From: a virus
Taxonomy: Duplodnaviria > Caudoviricetes
Reading direction: 5' to 3' (one strand)
Length of the DNA: 53,170 nucleotides
IMG/VR virus record: IMGVR_UViG_3300009703_000024
Span: 1-53,170 of that record
The translations under genes were made by a program, and so were the position numbers. Shown here piece by piece: positions 1-9,872 of the stretch; the stretch's first letter is position 1, and every line of letters begins with the position of its first letter. The notes under the pieces are model-generated. The model searched no databases. It had not been told where the DNA came from and saw only the letters and a list, made by a program, of their open reading frames with translations.

Positions 1-3000
1 GCAACAGGCCAACGCCAATCAGCACCTAGAGTGATAGTTGGTATGTCTTGAACGCTATCGTGTTTACCACCATCAAAACGAGCAGATTTTTGTATTTTTT
101 GTTGAGTAGAGAGTATTTCATTGGGGTCGCCACTTAGCATATTGAGGGCATCACTACCAGTTTTGAATCCCCAAGCCCTTACAGGTAATCTGCGACTTAC
201 ATCTATCGCTACCATTGCGTTTTCTGGTGTCGTTACTTCGTGCCAAATATAGTTATTAGTTGAATCTTTATCGAGTATTCTTCGTGATACAGTTTTTCGG
301 GGATTTAGCCCATCCCCAATACCTTCCCCACGACTCATTCTCTTTACTGCACCATGTTTCACAAAGTGTTGTCGCAATTCAAGGGTTCCACAAGGCTCAC
401 GAAGGCCACTATGACCCATGAGAACCGCACTGGCGGCCCTCTCACCCCAATTAGCACCATGACCCCCTGCATTAAGCGCATTATACCCATAGTTTTGCAT
501 CCATTGGAACGCATACAATCTTTCAAAGGGTAAAGCAGTGCGAACAGAACCCGCCACTAATGAATTAGATGAAGCATTACGCAGTAATAGACCACGAACT
601 GCTGGATATGCTACTGCATTTGGCATTCCCGCTTCACGATAGCGAAACGACATAAAATGCTCACGACTTGTGCCGAATAGTGCAGGGTGGCTATATTCCG
701 CTAACCAAGTGGATAGGAAAGCATCGGGTGTCGCACCCGAATTAGTATTAGTTGATTTGAGTAGTGCCAAATCGTTGTTAGTTGATAGTTGTGTAAAATG
801 CGCTGTATCTATTGCGGGATTTTCAACAATTGGTATGGGAATAGCCGCCGCATTAACCATTTCAACATCATGGGCAAAAAGAGGGGGGACAGTTGCTAAT
901 TCAGTAGCAACACGGGGTTGATACCAACCTCCTTGATGCCCAAGTAATGTATAGGTATGTGGTGTGGCCCCGCTACCCGCTAAATCATATTGAAGCCAAG
1001 CAGGGTTTGGGCGACCACCCATCAATAAATACTGATTGAGGAAAAAACCATTGATAGCGAACTCTTCACCTGCATTATGACGTGTATTTACTGTTCTAGC
1101 AGAAGCAGCAGTAATAGCGATTGGCCCACTATGAGCAACATTACCATACGGCCCCATACTCGTATCTTTACCATGACTACTACTTACGAAATGCGTTTGT
1201 TCAGAAGCACCTTCAACCTTCGTGTGTTCTTGACCGGGTGCAAACAATACATCAAAAGATGTTTCAGGGCTATCGTCATAAAATTTCCTATGATTTGGTA
1301 GCCCATTCCTACTAATTTCACCAAGAGGAAAACCATCAGATGAAAACGAGCCAGTATTGTAGGTTTCTGTTTTGGCTTCTAAAGTGTCTAAATAGTATAA
1401 TGTGCTACTTGGTGAGTCGGTCCCCCCATTATATGCTGATTGGAAACCCCAGTGCTTGTTCTCCGTTTCAGCCTCAAACATGAGGGAATAAGCCGAGCCA
1501 TGAGAACGATGCAATTGTCGTCTTAATGATTTAGGTGTGCCACGCATGGTGAAGGGGGTAATGAAGTGGTGGCCCTGCCTTCCAAATCGTATGCGGTGAT
1601 GTGGGTGCATAAAAGAGGCATCAACCCCATTTTGTGCATCTAATAATACTGAACCTCGTTCCACATGGTCATTAAGACGATGAGCAGAAAATAAACGAGT
1701 TGAACCACTTGGCACAGCACCCGCATTGGCGTTGGGGGATAAGCCAAATTGAGTAGCGAGTTTATCATGTAAAATCCTAACAGGGTGGAAATACAACACC
1801 CTATCGTGAGTGTCGAATTGTGTAGCACCACCAGCGGCAGTATCATTGGGGTCAGTATTGGCTTCTATTGAGCCGGGTGTGTTAGGATATGGTTCAGTTA
1901 AGCCACCCATCCCCCAAGTCATATTACGCCATGCTTGTACCCTATCATGGCCGCTACGCACAAGGATATTACCCGGTATCTCATCCTGTGATGGTAGTTG
2001 TATTTCCATATTTGGTTCAATACCGCTTCCGGGTGTTGATGGCAATATTGTTTCAGTACCATCGGTAGGATTTATCCGTGTTTTATTAAAATTATAATCC
2101 TTTATGACTGTTCCAAATGGTGACCCGCCTTGTAATACCAATTCTTGACCAGTATCATCCACGACTGATAAATCATCCCAAACTCTCTCTTCATTTGATA
2201 TATGTAAATTACCTACTGTTTCAGTATTGACGGCTCTTACAGTACGAAATGGCCTAGTAACATAACCTTGAGAGCCAGTAGTGGAAGTGCTTGAAGTCGA
2301 TATGGTTGTTGCTTCGCTTTTTAGGCCATGTTTCACCACGACTTTGTTAGCGATAGCGTCTGAATTTGTTAAATTAGTAATTGTATGATGATTACCCGTT
2401 GTGGCATCTTTTAACTCTCCAAACTTACTATTCAATTTATGACCGTTTTCAAGAGCCACCTGCCATTTATTAATTTGAGAGGCTTTGTATAGTGTTTCTC
2501 CGTTTTCTAATGAAGTTACATAGCCAGTAATTGAACCAATAGCCGCTTCAAGTGTTATTACATTACAGGCACGATAAGCGGCTGTGGTTGTTGGTATTGT
2601 TTTCAATAATGTGTCACGAGTAATGTTCATCCTACTATAACGATTACCACCTGCTGTTGATGCTGTTGGTGTCGATACATTACCTACTGTGGCATATTTT
2701 TCCCCATTACTATCTAAGAATAATGATGAGTTGCCTTTTAGAACATTATTGTAATCTGCTAAAGTACCCGCACCACCAAATGCTTCGGCATCCCCTATTT
2801 CTTTAGTGCCACCAATAGAAGCCATAACAATAGGTATATTCTCGTCTAAATGTGTTTGGGTATAATCAATGCCTGTTCCCGCAGTATAATTAACCCGTTG
2901 AATATATACATAATCACCATCAAAATAGTTTTGTAAGGTTCCAGCACTAAAGGTAATCGTATCGGGTCCCGTTGTTCTGGTAGTAATGATACCCATACTG

Positions 3001-4715
3001 TTACCATCTTTGTCAGTAGCAGTATCACCAGAAACAGCAATAAGTGAAGTTGGGTCTTGTCTAACAGTTATTGCTGTTGTAGTTCCAGACGCATAATCAC
3101 CATTTATTTGCACTTCAATTTTTTCCATTAATGGCCCCATAGTGGTTAGTGCAGTTGTTTGAATATCGGCTATTGATGATACGACACCAATAGGTGTGCC
3201 TTTTGCGTTGTATAGTGTATCTCCCTTTGAAAAATTATTTTTTGCAGTTGTTGAAGGTGCTACAACATTAATGGTTGTTCCACCAGTAAGAGTTGCATTA
3301 CTACTAACAAAGCAATCAGTTTGATATGGCCCCATCTTATCCATTTTTGTTCCAAATTCGGGTTTCTTAATGAAAAGGTCGTCTTTTTCTTCGGTTGTTA
3401 ATAATGCGTTTTGGCCGGTCCATTGGAAGGGGTCGGCTTCTGTTGAACCCATGATAGATGGGCCGTCAAATGGCATATCTGGTGGTGGGGCGGTTGGTAA
3501 ATCACAGGAATTAAGACCTTCAACAGAAAACCTACTATAACCATGCCCAGTGGAATGAGCCGAAGGTTGCGCCCCCCGTGAATCATAACCTAAACTGGGT
3601 AGCCCCAAATTACCCCCATCCATAGGTTTAGCGGTCATATACCATACTGGTAGTGGCGCACCCAATCCTTGAACAATAGGGCCGCCATTAGCAGTACCCC
3701 AATAGCCACCACCCGTAGGGGTGGGTGTTTCCCAAGACACGATAACGGTGTGTTGTTCTTCACCATCGTTTTGTACTGCAAATGTTCCACCTTCTGCGAA
3801 ATTCGCTGTTGGACCAGCAGAATTCACGACATTTGTTATGTTAAAAGAAACAATATTATGGTTAGAAAGACTAGCATCGTTATTTTCTCTTTTAATCTCC
3901 CAACCATCATAAGTTAGTGTATAATTCCCACCCGTTATTGTACCGTTTTGTGGTAAATCAGTAGGGCTACGATTATAGGTGTAAAATCTGCCATCAAAAC
4001 GCCCCCCTCTAACACTATCACCTATTGTTAAAGCACATTCATTTGTTGATTGAAGATAAACATACACACCATTTATTTCTAAAACTTTACCAATATATGT
4101 GTTTTCAGTATAAAGTGAATCATTGGGTTTAACATGAGCCGATATATCAGTTCCAACATTAATTACTCTAGTGCTACCTTTAGCATGGTCAGCAGAAATA
4201 GCACTACTGGTAATACCTGCTGCGGCATAATGTAACTTATTATGATTAATAGTAGTATAAGAGGTAGCACCACTCATTTTTACATATTTGGCACGAAGAA
4301 AACGCTCTCGACTAGAATGTAATCCCCTTTGCCATACTCTACTTGAGTTGATAGTTGCCGCTATTAGTCGTGAAGCCTCTTCTGTTCCAAGATTATAGGT
4401 TTTGTTAGTTCCCGCATTTGTCGAGGCTTCTGCGGCTCTTTTCAAGTCAATTATTTTGACACCTATTCTCCCGTAATGTGCGAAAGCAGTTGCCGCCGCA
4501 GTAGTATCTCCCGCTAATGGTGTTCTAATAAGAAAGTGCATTCCTTGAGAAGTGCTACCCCCCGCCCAAACAGTATCAGTGGCATCATCATATTCGGTAT
4601 CGGGATATGTGAAAAACATACTGAAATAGCCGCTTGGTGGTCGGGCATTATCAGTTCCTAATGTTTGAACATTGGCGGGGTATTCACGCTTAGGGAATGT
4701 CTTAATTTCCGCCAT
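1..4715 (-). CDS. Very large virion structural/tail-tip protein, 3'-truncated by window edge (>1570 aa); absent from ORF track
   Basis: ATG at 4715, just after the stop of the upstream gene, reads MAEIKTFPKREYPANVQTLGTDNARPPSGYFSMFF. The same frame was open wherever spot-checked (about 4100, 3200, 3000, 2700) and at the window start (VQDIPTITLGADWRWPV). Thr/Gly/Ser-rich, beta-type composition. Confidence 0.85.
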   Translation of the reverse strand, partial: MAEIKTFPKREYPANVQTLGTDNARPPSGYFSMFFTYPDTEYDDATDTVWAGGSTSQGMHFLIRTPLAGDTTAAATAFAHYGRIGVKIIDLKRAAEASTNAGTNKTYNLGTEEASRLIAATINSSRVWQRGLHSSRERFLRAKYVKMSGATSYTTINHNKLHYAAAGITSSAISADHAKGSTRVINVGTDISAHVKPNDSLYTENTYIGKVLEINGVYVYLQSTNECALTIGDSVRGGRFDGRFYTYNRSPTDLPQNGTITGGNYTLTYDGWEIKRENNDASLSNHNIVSFNITNVVNSAGPTANFAEGGTFAVQNDGEEQHTVIVSWETPTPTGGGYWGTANGGPIVQGLGAPLPVWYMTAKPMDGGNLGLPSLGYDSRGAQPSAHSTGHGYSRFSVEGLNSCDLPTAPPPDMPFDGPSIMGSTEADPFQWTGQNALLTTEEKDDLFIKKPEFGTKMDKMGPYQTDCFVSSNATLTGGTTINVVAPSTTAKNNFSKGDTLYNAKGTPIGVVSSIADIQTTALTTMGPLMEKIEVQINGDYASGTTTAITVRQDPTSLIAVSGDTATDKDGNSMGIITTRTTGPDTITFSAGTLQNYFDGDYVYIQRVNYTAGTGIDYTQTHLDENIPIVMASIGGTKEIGDAEAFGGAGTLADYNNVLKGNSSLFLDSNGEKYATVGNVSTPTASTAGGNRYSRMNITRDTLLKTIPTTTAAYRACNVITLEAAIGSITGYVTSLENGETLYKASQINKWQVALENGHKLNSKFGELKDATTGNHHTITNLTNSDAIANKVVVKHGLKSEATTISTSSTSTTGSQGYVTRPFRTVRAVNTETVGNLHISNEERVWDDLSVVDDTGQELVLQGGSPFGTVIKDYNFNKTRINPTDGTETILPSTPGSGIEPNMEIQLPSQDEIPGNILVRSGHDRVQAWRNMTWGMGGLTEPYPNTPGSIEANTDPNDTAAGGATQFDTHDRVLYFHPVRILHDKLATQFGLSPNANAGAVPSGSTRLFSAHRLNDHVERGSVLLDAQNGVDASFMHPHHRIRFGRQGHHFITPFTMRGTPKSLRRQLHRSHGSAYSLMFEAETENKHWGFQSAYNGGTDSPSSTLYYLDTLEAKTETYNTGSFSSDGFPLGEISRNGLPNHRKFYDDSPETSFDVLFAPGQEHTKVEGASEQTHFVSSSHGKDTSMGPYGNVAHSGPIAITAASARTVNTRHNAGEEFAINGFFLNQYLLMGGRPNPAWLQYDLAGSGATPHTYTLLGHQGGWYQPRVATELATVPPLFAHDVEMVNAAAIPIPIVENPAIDTAHFTQLSTNNDLALLKSTNTNSGATPDAFLSTWLAEYSHPALFGTSREHFMSFRYREAGMPNAVAYPAVRGLLLRNASSNSLVAGSVRTALPFERLYAFQWMQNYGYNALNAGGHGANWGERAASAVLMGHSGLREPCGTLELRQHFVKHGAVKRMSRGEGIGDGLNPRKTVSRRILDKDSTNNYIWHEVTTPENAMVAIDVSRRLPVRAWGFKTGSDALNMLSGDPNEILSTQQKIQKSARFDGGKHDSVQDIPTITLGADWRWPV

Positions 4716-4716
4716 A

Positions 4717-7700
4717 TTAATCCCACACACTCCTTGCGTTGAATAGTGTTGTCACTTCTGATGGCGATAATACTTTATTCCACAGGGCAACTTCACTTAG
4801 CCGACCAAGAAAATATGTAGGGTCATAAGGATTGGAAATAGTAGTACCGTAAAAATAAGTAGCAGGTGGGCCGTAAGTATGTAAACCCAATCCAATCAAT
4901 ACCATATTTTTATCACGCCCAAATAGTGAAGTAGCGGTATGCGCCCCTATCTTAGTCAAGGCTTGATTATTTGCCAAAGCCGTTTCTATTGGTGATTCAA
5001 ATGTGATGCTTGTAGCGTTCATAGATTTTATTTTTCCGTAAAAATTACCACTTGTGGGTAATATTTGTTGAACACTATCTCCAATTGAAAAATAAGATAA
5101 TGGGCTAACAGTATCAACTGCAACAGTATCGGTACTACCCACAGCGTATGTGCCAGCAGATGGGTGATTTATTAGTGGATAAGTACCGGGTGCTAATGGG
5201 TAGCCAATACCAATATTGATATGTGGTAAATGTGGCCCTACGGTTCCACCCCTGTATGTTGCATCATCAGTCAAAGCAATTAATGGGTTGGGTGTTGGTG
5301 TTAGTGTTTTAGCCACGGCATTGATATAACAGGTTGGCCCCGCCGCATTACTATAAGTGAATACAACATGATACCATGCGTCTTTAGCCACAGTACCACT
5401 ACTCACAGATTCAGCATGAAACGCATTTCCAGCACTATCAGTAAAATGACCTATTACCTTAAATTCGTAAGTAGTCATTGCTATTTGCTTACTGACAATA
5501 GAAACGCCCCACGGAAACCCATTATGGTCGATTCCATGTAATACTGGCCCTGTTCCATAAGCATCTTGACTTACTGCGGGCCAAGCACCAACAATATTTG
5601 GGTGCATGAAAAAGGAAATAGACCAAGCCGCATTAGCACCTTTCATTTCATTTAAGACATTCACAAGTGGTTTTATTTTTGGGGTAACGGGGTTATTTTT
5701 CTCTATTTCATGGGCAGCAATATAATCAGTACCACTAAAGATAACTGCCCCCGATTCTCCATCTAAAACAATAGGGCCATTCGCTGCCGTTATGCGTTGA
5801 GCAGATGCCTCCCAATCACTGTAAACCAATAATTTACTACCATGTAGTTTTTCTATGGGCAGTTTTACATGTTGATAGTTTGCATAGTCACCAGTATAGT
5901 CGGCCAAATCTCCTAATCTAATATAAAATTGTGTTTCTTGAGATAGTAAATGACTATTTTCGGGCGTTGTTCCAGTATTGGTAAGGATTTGCCTATGGTG
6001 TAGCCCACGATAGGTATTTTCCTTTACAGTATCAGCATTTTTTAAGTTGGAAAAGTCTAATATTGCGGCTGATGTTTGAACCTCTTGGAGATTTTGAAAA
6101 CCACTATATCCAGATGGCCCCTTTGCGTAATGATGAGTGTAAAAGTCACTATAATCATTAGCGGTTCCATCACTAATATCGAAGGTGACCCCTGTGTGAC
6201 CCCCACCAAAAAATAGTATTCCATGAGCATCTATTAGAGGGTGTATTAATTTGATTTCAACTTGTTTGTATGAACCATCAGAATTAACAAACAAATCTTT
6301 CCATTTGTTACTCAATTGATTCAATGGTTGAACATCAGCAAGTGCGGCACAAGCCCCTGTTCCAGAAACCTTACAATCAGTTCCCCCTTGACCCCCCGCT
6401 ACCCATCTAAAAGTACCATAATCAGTATTATTAACCAATATAGTTGCCCTATCGCTTGCTGATAAATTTCTATCAATTCTCCTAATAATATCTAATGCTT
6501 TGCGTTCAACCCACAAAATGCTTTGAGTTTCGGGGTCATAACTTGGTAGTGTGTTGCCGTATGAATTTTTGGGGTTGAGAACAGTATTGAATGTAATCTC
6601 TTGACCTATTCCACTATAAGTGCGTAGTTCATCACCTGCATTTTCAACTAAACCATGAACACCACCTTGAAAGGTGGTAATTGGTATGTGAGTTTCCCCA
6701 TCCATTCCAATCGGCAATGGGGCAGGGAATGAACCTGCTTGATATGACCTGCTATTTGTGGCTAAAAGCCCACCATGACCCACCGCTTGAATTGGCCGAT
6801 ATGGATAGGGGCTATGATTACTAAACCATACTGCAAAATTACGACCAGTAGCACCGGGTATGGTGCTATGAATAACTATACTCGTGCCACTTTCCCCATC
6901 CCTACTCTCTACACCTTTACCTGCAAATGCTCTTATGTAACCCATGTGTGAACCCGTATCTGTTGAAGAAACGGTATGAGTACCCGCACTTTCACTAAAC
7001 AAAAGGGGCGCATCAAAAGCACTACCGCCGTTTTCGTTTTTCGCCAAAGGGTGACTGGCTTGATTAATAGTGCGTATTAGTTCATTTACTGCTGTATTGA
7101 AATCCGAAACTGACCCCTTACTAGCAATATCTCCCAATTTTATTCGTTGTGGGCGAACATACCAAAGGTCCCCACTACCTTTCTTACCTTGTAGTGCATA
7201 ATAACTAGCCCTACATTCTATTGGTGGTAATAAGGGTAAATCATCGTTCCCGTACAAATAATTACCGGGGTCAAAAGAGAACCCTTCCATTGATGGGCCG
7301 TTGTGGATAAGAATAGTGGTATCATCATCGGGGTCAATACAAATAGAAGTTAATGGGTTTCCAATACGAAGCCCAAGAGCCTTTTCTATTGGGGCTATGA
7401 AGGCTTGGGCCATAGTGCTTGCAGAAGTGCTTACAGCCACAGTAGCACCAGTAATTGCGGCTACTGTACCAACCCCTGCGGAGGCATCATCTGTAAGCCA
7501 ACTACCCAAAGTAACAGGAAGCCCAACAATTAGTTTATTTCTTAAATCTGCTTCTGATAGTGTGTTGTTATCCCAATCTTGATATTGGTCAAAATACATT
7601 TTATAGACATTGCTATTTTGTTCTAAATGTGAAATATGAAGTCTAATACCACGTTGTGAAATTATACCTTCCCCCACAGTTACCAAAAAACCACCATCAG

Positions 7701-9870
7701 GTATGGTCCATTTAGAGGGTAAGGTTGTGGCTACATCAGAAAAACTACTTTCGGTAGTAAAAGGTAAGAAACTATCTACTTCAATATAAGCATCACTACC
7801 ACCTAATGTACCAGTTACAACTTCTGTTTCACCCCCTGCATAAGTATAAGCAGTAAGGTATGTGGTCGCATTTTCTCGCATACACCTTATCCATGCCTTA
7901 CCACTAACAGTAGCCCAATCATTTACAGTTAAAGCCGACACTATATTTTTTAGCCCCCAGTCAATAGACCAGCGATTTTCATAGTTTTGCATTTGAGGGC
8001 GATTAATGGCGGTCATTGTGCAATCTAATGATAATTCCATAGATTGTGACGAAGGGAGGGGGGTGCGGTTATCCGTACTGGTTGCTAAACGCTTTTCAAT
8101 ATCAAAAAACATGGATGGGAAAAGGGGTATTTCCACTAACGCACGAGTTGAAGCATAATATGTGGATGTTTGACGGTCATTTCTCACCGAAGCATTACCA
8201 GACCCAACAACCTTGTCTTTCCATACTGGTAAAAACGGGTGTTCGGTTCGTGAAGGGTTGATGTCTATACCACCCTGCCCCAATCCCCCCATTGACAGGG
8301 TTACTGATGGGCTTCCTAAGTCACCAATTTCTTTTAGGGGATAACCTTCTGATAAATTGAAATCTCGTTGAGATGTTCGGTCTGAAATATCCATCAGTTG
8401 GGAACGCCCTCTCACTATAACGCCACCCTCCATTTCACCACTATTTGGTGTTATTTCTTCTATTCGCCCTTTCATAAGCATTAGTTCAATAGTGCATTTA
8501 TGATATTGGGTATCTGAATCTTGTTTTGTTAATAAAGTGGTCAAAGTGTTGGCTCTTTGCTTATTTTTTGGATGAATGAGCAATAAATGATTATTACCTT
8601 CAATTATATTATCAATAATATCAAACTGTTCTAAAACTACTGGTTGTTGGCTCGCATAAGTATCATCTACTATTGCTACCCCCTCACCTTGAACGGATAT
8701 TGAAAGTAAATTGTAAGCAGATTTACTATCGGTGATTGGTGACCTAGTATTGGGTTGTGCAATCGGTGGCCCGTAGCCTTCGTACCTATCCCCCATTCCC
8801 GCTATTGAATTTTGAATTACTGTATGAGCGCAATTTTCAATATTAATGAAAGGAGAACTGGTAGTATCACCACTAGGATTCATTTGAAGCATGTGTGATT
8901 TTATAGGTCTTTGAAGGTTTGTTTTGGGTATTGATATGATACCACCGGGAGAATGTATTGTAAGTGGGGTCCATGTGTTATCAACTGCACCCGCATAGGG
9001 ATAGCGCAACCAATCTATCAATGGCCTATATTCGGGGCTACCGGTTGGGTCCTCTATGTAAATGGTGTTAGCATCCGGAACTGTGCGTTCCACCACCAAC
9101 CACCCACGACTACTACTTTGATTAATCGCTTGAACATCATTTTCAGTTGTTGCATGAGAGTTAGAACCTCCTACCCCTGCCCCAAAAGCACTACTTTTCC
9201 AACCCGCCACCACTTCCCCAGTGGTATCAATAGCATTGTAATATACTAGAATTTTTGGTGGTCCACCCGCCGCTATAAGGTCGCTTGGGCTTTCAATAAT
9301 AGCAATACGACTCTCTTTTTCTGGTGTCAAATGATGCACATAATCTTCATTTGTTGGTTTTTTGGGGTCAGTGAAATCAAATAAGGCTTCTTGGCTTACA
9401 TCTAAATTTTTAAGGGCAAAAAGACGCACATCTTCTACTGCTATTGCTACAATTGTGTTTTTACCCGATGATAAAACATTAGCCGACCCATCGTGATATG
9501 AATATCCACCCTGTGCCATAATACTACTAACTTTATCACCACTACCAGTAGCAGTTAAAGTACCAATACTTGAACTGGTTTGAATATCATTAATTTCGCC
9601 TTGATAAACAGTTTGTGTGATATTAACTTTTTCATTTTTCGCTATTAATGATTCAATAGTTGTATCTTCATAAGAACTCTCAAATCTGTCAGTTAGTCCT
9701 TGAATTGTACGAGTAATTGATTCATTTTTTGGGCTTGGCATTTTCTTTAAGAAAAAATGCCCACTGACACGATTGTAAGTGGTTAAGCCACACATGCCCG
9801 GAAAATCATCACTAGGTTCTAACAAATCGTTAGATATTGGCACATATCCTTCTGATGGTTCTTCTGGCAT
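4717..9870 (-). CDS. Large tail-tip/baseplate-hub-like structural protein with C-terminal LamG/ConA-like domain
   Basis: 1717 aa, downstream of the tape measure. The C-terminus has LamG-type motifs (WSISFFM, WYHVVFTY, FLGRLSEVALWNKVLSPSEV). MKGRIEEI...VIVRGRS resembles tail-hub proteins. Confidence 0.7.
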   Translation of the reverse strand: MPEEPSEGYVPISNDLLEPSDDFPGMCGLTTYNRVSGHFFLKKMPSPKNESITRTIQGLTDRFESSYEDTTIESLIAKNEKVNITQTVYQGEINDIQTSSSIGTLTATGSGDKVSSIMAQGGYSYHDGSANVLSSGKNTIVAIAVEDVRLFALKNLDVSQEALFDFTDPKKPTNEDYVHHLTPEKESRIAIIESPSDLIAAGGPPKILVYYNAIDTTGEVVAGWKSSAFGAGVGGSNSHATTENDVQAINQSSSRGWLVVERTVPDANTIYIEDPTGSPEYRPLIDWLRYPYAGAVDNTWTPLTIHSPGGIISIPKTNLQRPIKSHMLQMNPSGDTTSSPFINIENCAHTVIQNSIAGMGDRYEGYGPPIAQPNTRSPITDSKSAYNLLSISVQGEGVAIVDDTYASQQPVVLEQFDIIDNIIEGNNHLLLIHPKNKQRANTLTTLLTKQDSDTQYHKCTIELMLMKGRIEEITPNSGEMEGGVIVRGRSQLMDISDRTSQRDFNLSEGYPLKEIGDLGSPSVTLSMGGLGQGGIDINPSRTEHPFLPVWKDKVVGSGNASVRNDRQTSTYYASTRALVEIPLFPSMFFDIEKRLATSTDNRTPLPSSQSMELSLDCTMTAINRPQMQNYENRWSIDWGLKNIVSALTVNDWATVSGKAWIRCMRENATTYLTAYTYAGGETEVVTGTLGGSDAYIEVDSFLPFTTESSFSDVATTLPSKWTIPDGGFLVTVGEGIISQRGIRLHISHLEQNSNVYKMYFDQYQDWDNNTLSEADLRNKLIVGLPVTLGSWLTDDASAGVGTVAAITGATVAVSTSASTMAQAFIAPIEKALGLRIGNPLTSICIDPDDDTTILIHNGPSMEGFSFDPGNYLYGNDDLPLLPPIECRASYYALQGKKGSGDLWYVRPQRIKLGDIASKGSVSDFNTAVNELIRTINQASHPLAKNENGGSAFDAPLLFSESAGTHTVSSTDTGSHMGYIRAFAGKGVESRDGESGTSIVIHSTIPGATGRNFAVWFSNHSPYPYRPIQAVGHGGLLATNSRSYQAGSFPAPLPIGMDGETHIPITTFQGGVHGLVENAGDELRTYSGIGQEITFNTVLNPKNSYGNTLPSYDPETQSILWVERKALDIIRRIDRNLSASDRATILVNNTDYGTFRWVAGGQGGTDCKVSGTGACAALADVQPLNQLSNKWKDLFVNSDGSYKQVEIKLIHPLIDAHGILFFGGGHTGVTFDISDGTANDYSDFYTHHYAKGPSGYSGFQNLQEVQTSAAILDFSNLKNADTVKENTYRGLHHRQILTNTGTTPENSHLLSQETQFYIRLGDLADYTGDYANYQHVKLPIEKLHGSKLLVYSDWEASAQRITAANGPIVLDGESGAVIFSGTDYIAAHEIEKNNPVTPKIKPLVNVLNEMKGANAAWSISFFMHPNIVGAWPAVSQDAYGTGPVLHGIDHNGFPWGVSIVSKQIAMTTYEFKVIGHFTDSAGNAFHAESVSSGTVAKDAWYHVVFTYSNAAGPTCYINAVAKTLTPTPNPLIALTDDATYRGGTVGPHLPHINIGIGYPLAPGTYPLINHPSAGTYAVGSTDTVAVDTVSPLSYFSIGDSVQQILPTSGNFYGKIKSMNATSITFESPIETALANNQALTKIGAHTATSLFGRDKNMVLIGLGLHTYGPPATYFYGTTISNPYDPTYFLGRLSEVALWNKVLSPSEVTTLFNARSVWD

Positions 9871-9872
9871 TT

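Noticed and set aside
670-3917. Short ORFs listed in the first 4 kb
   Set aside because: All lie inside the long minus-strand frame 1..4715 and show no recognisable motifs.
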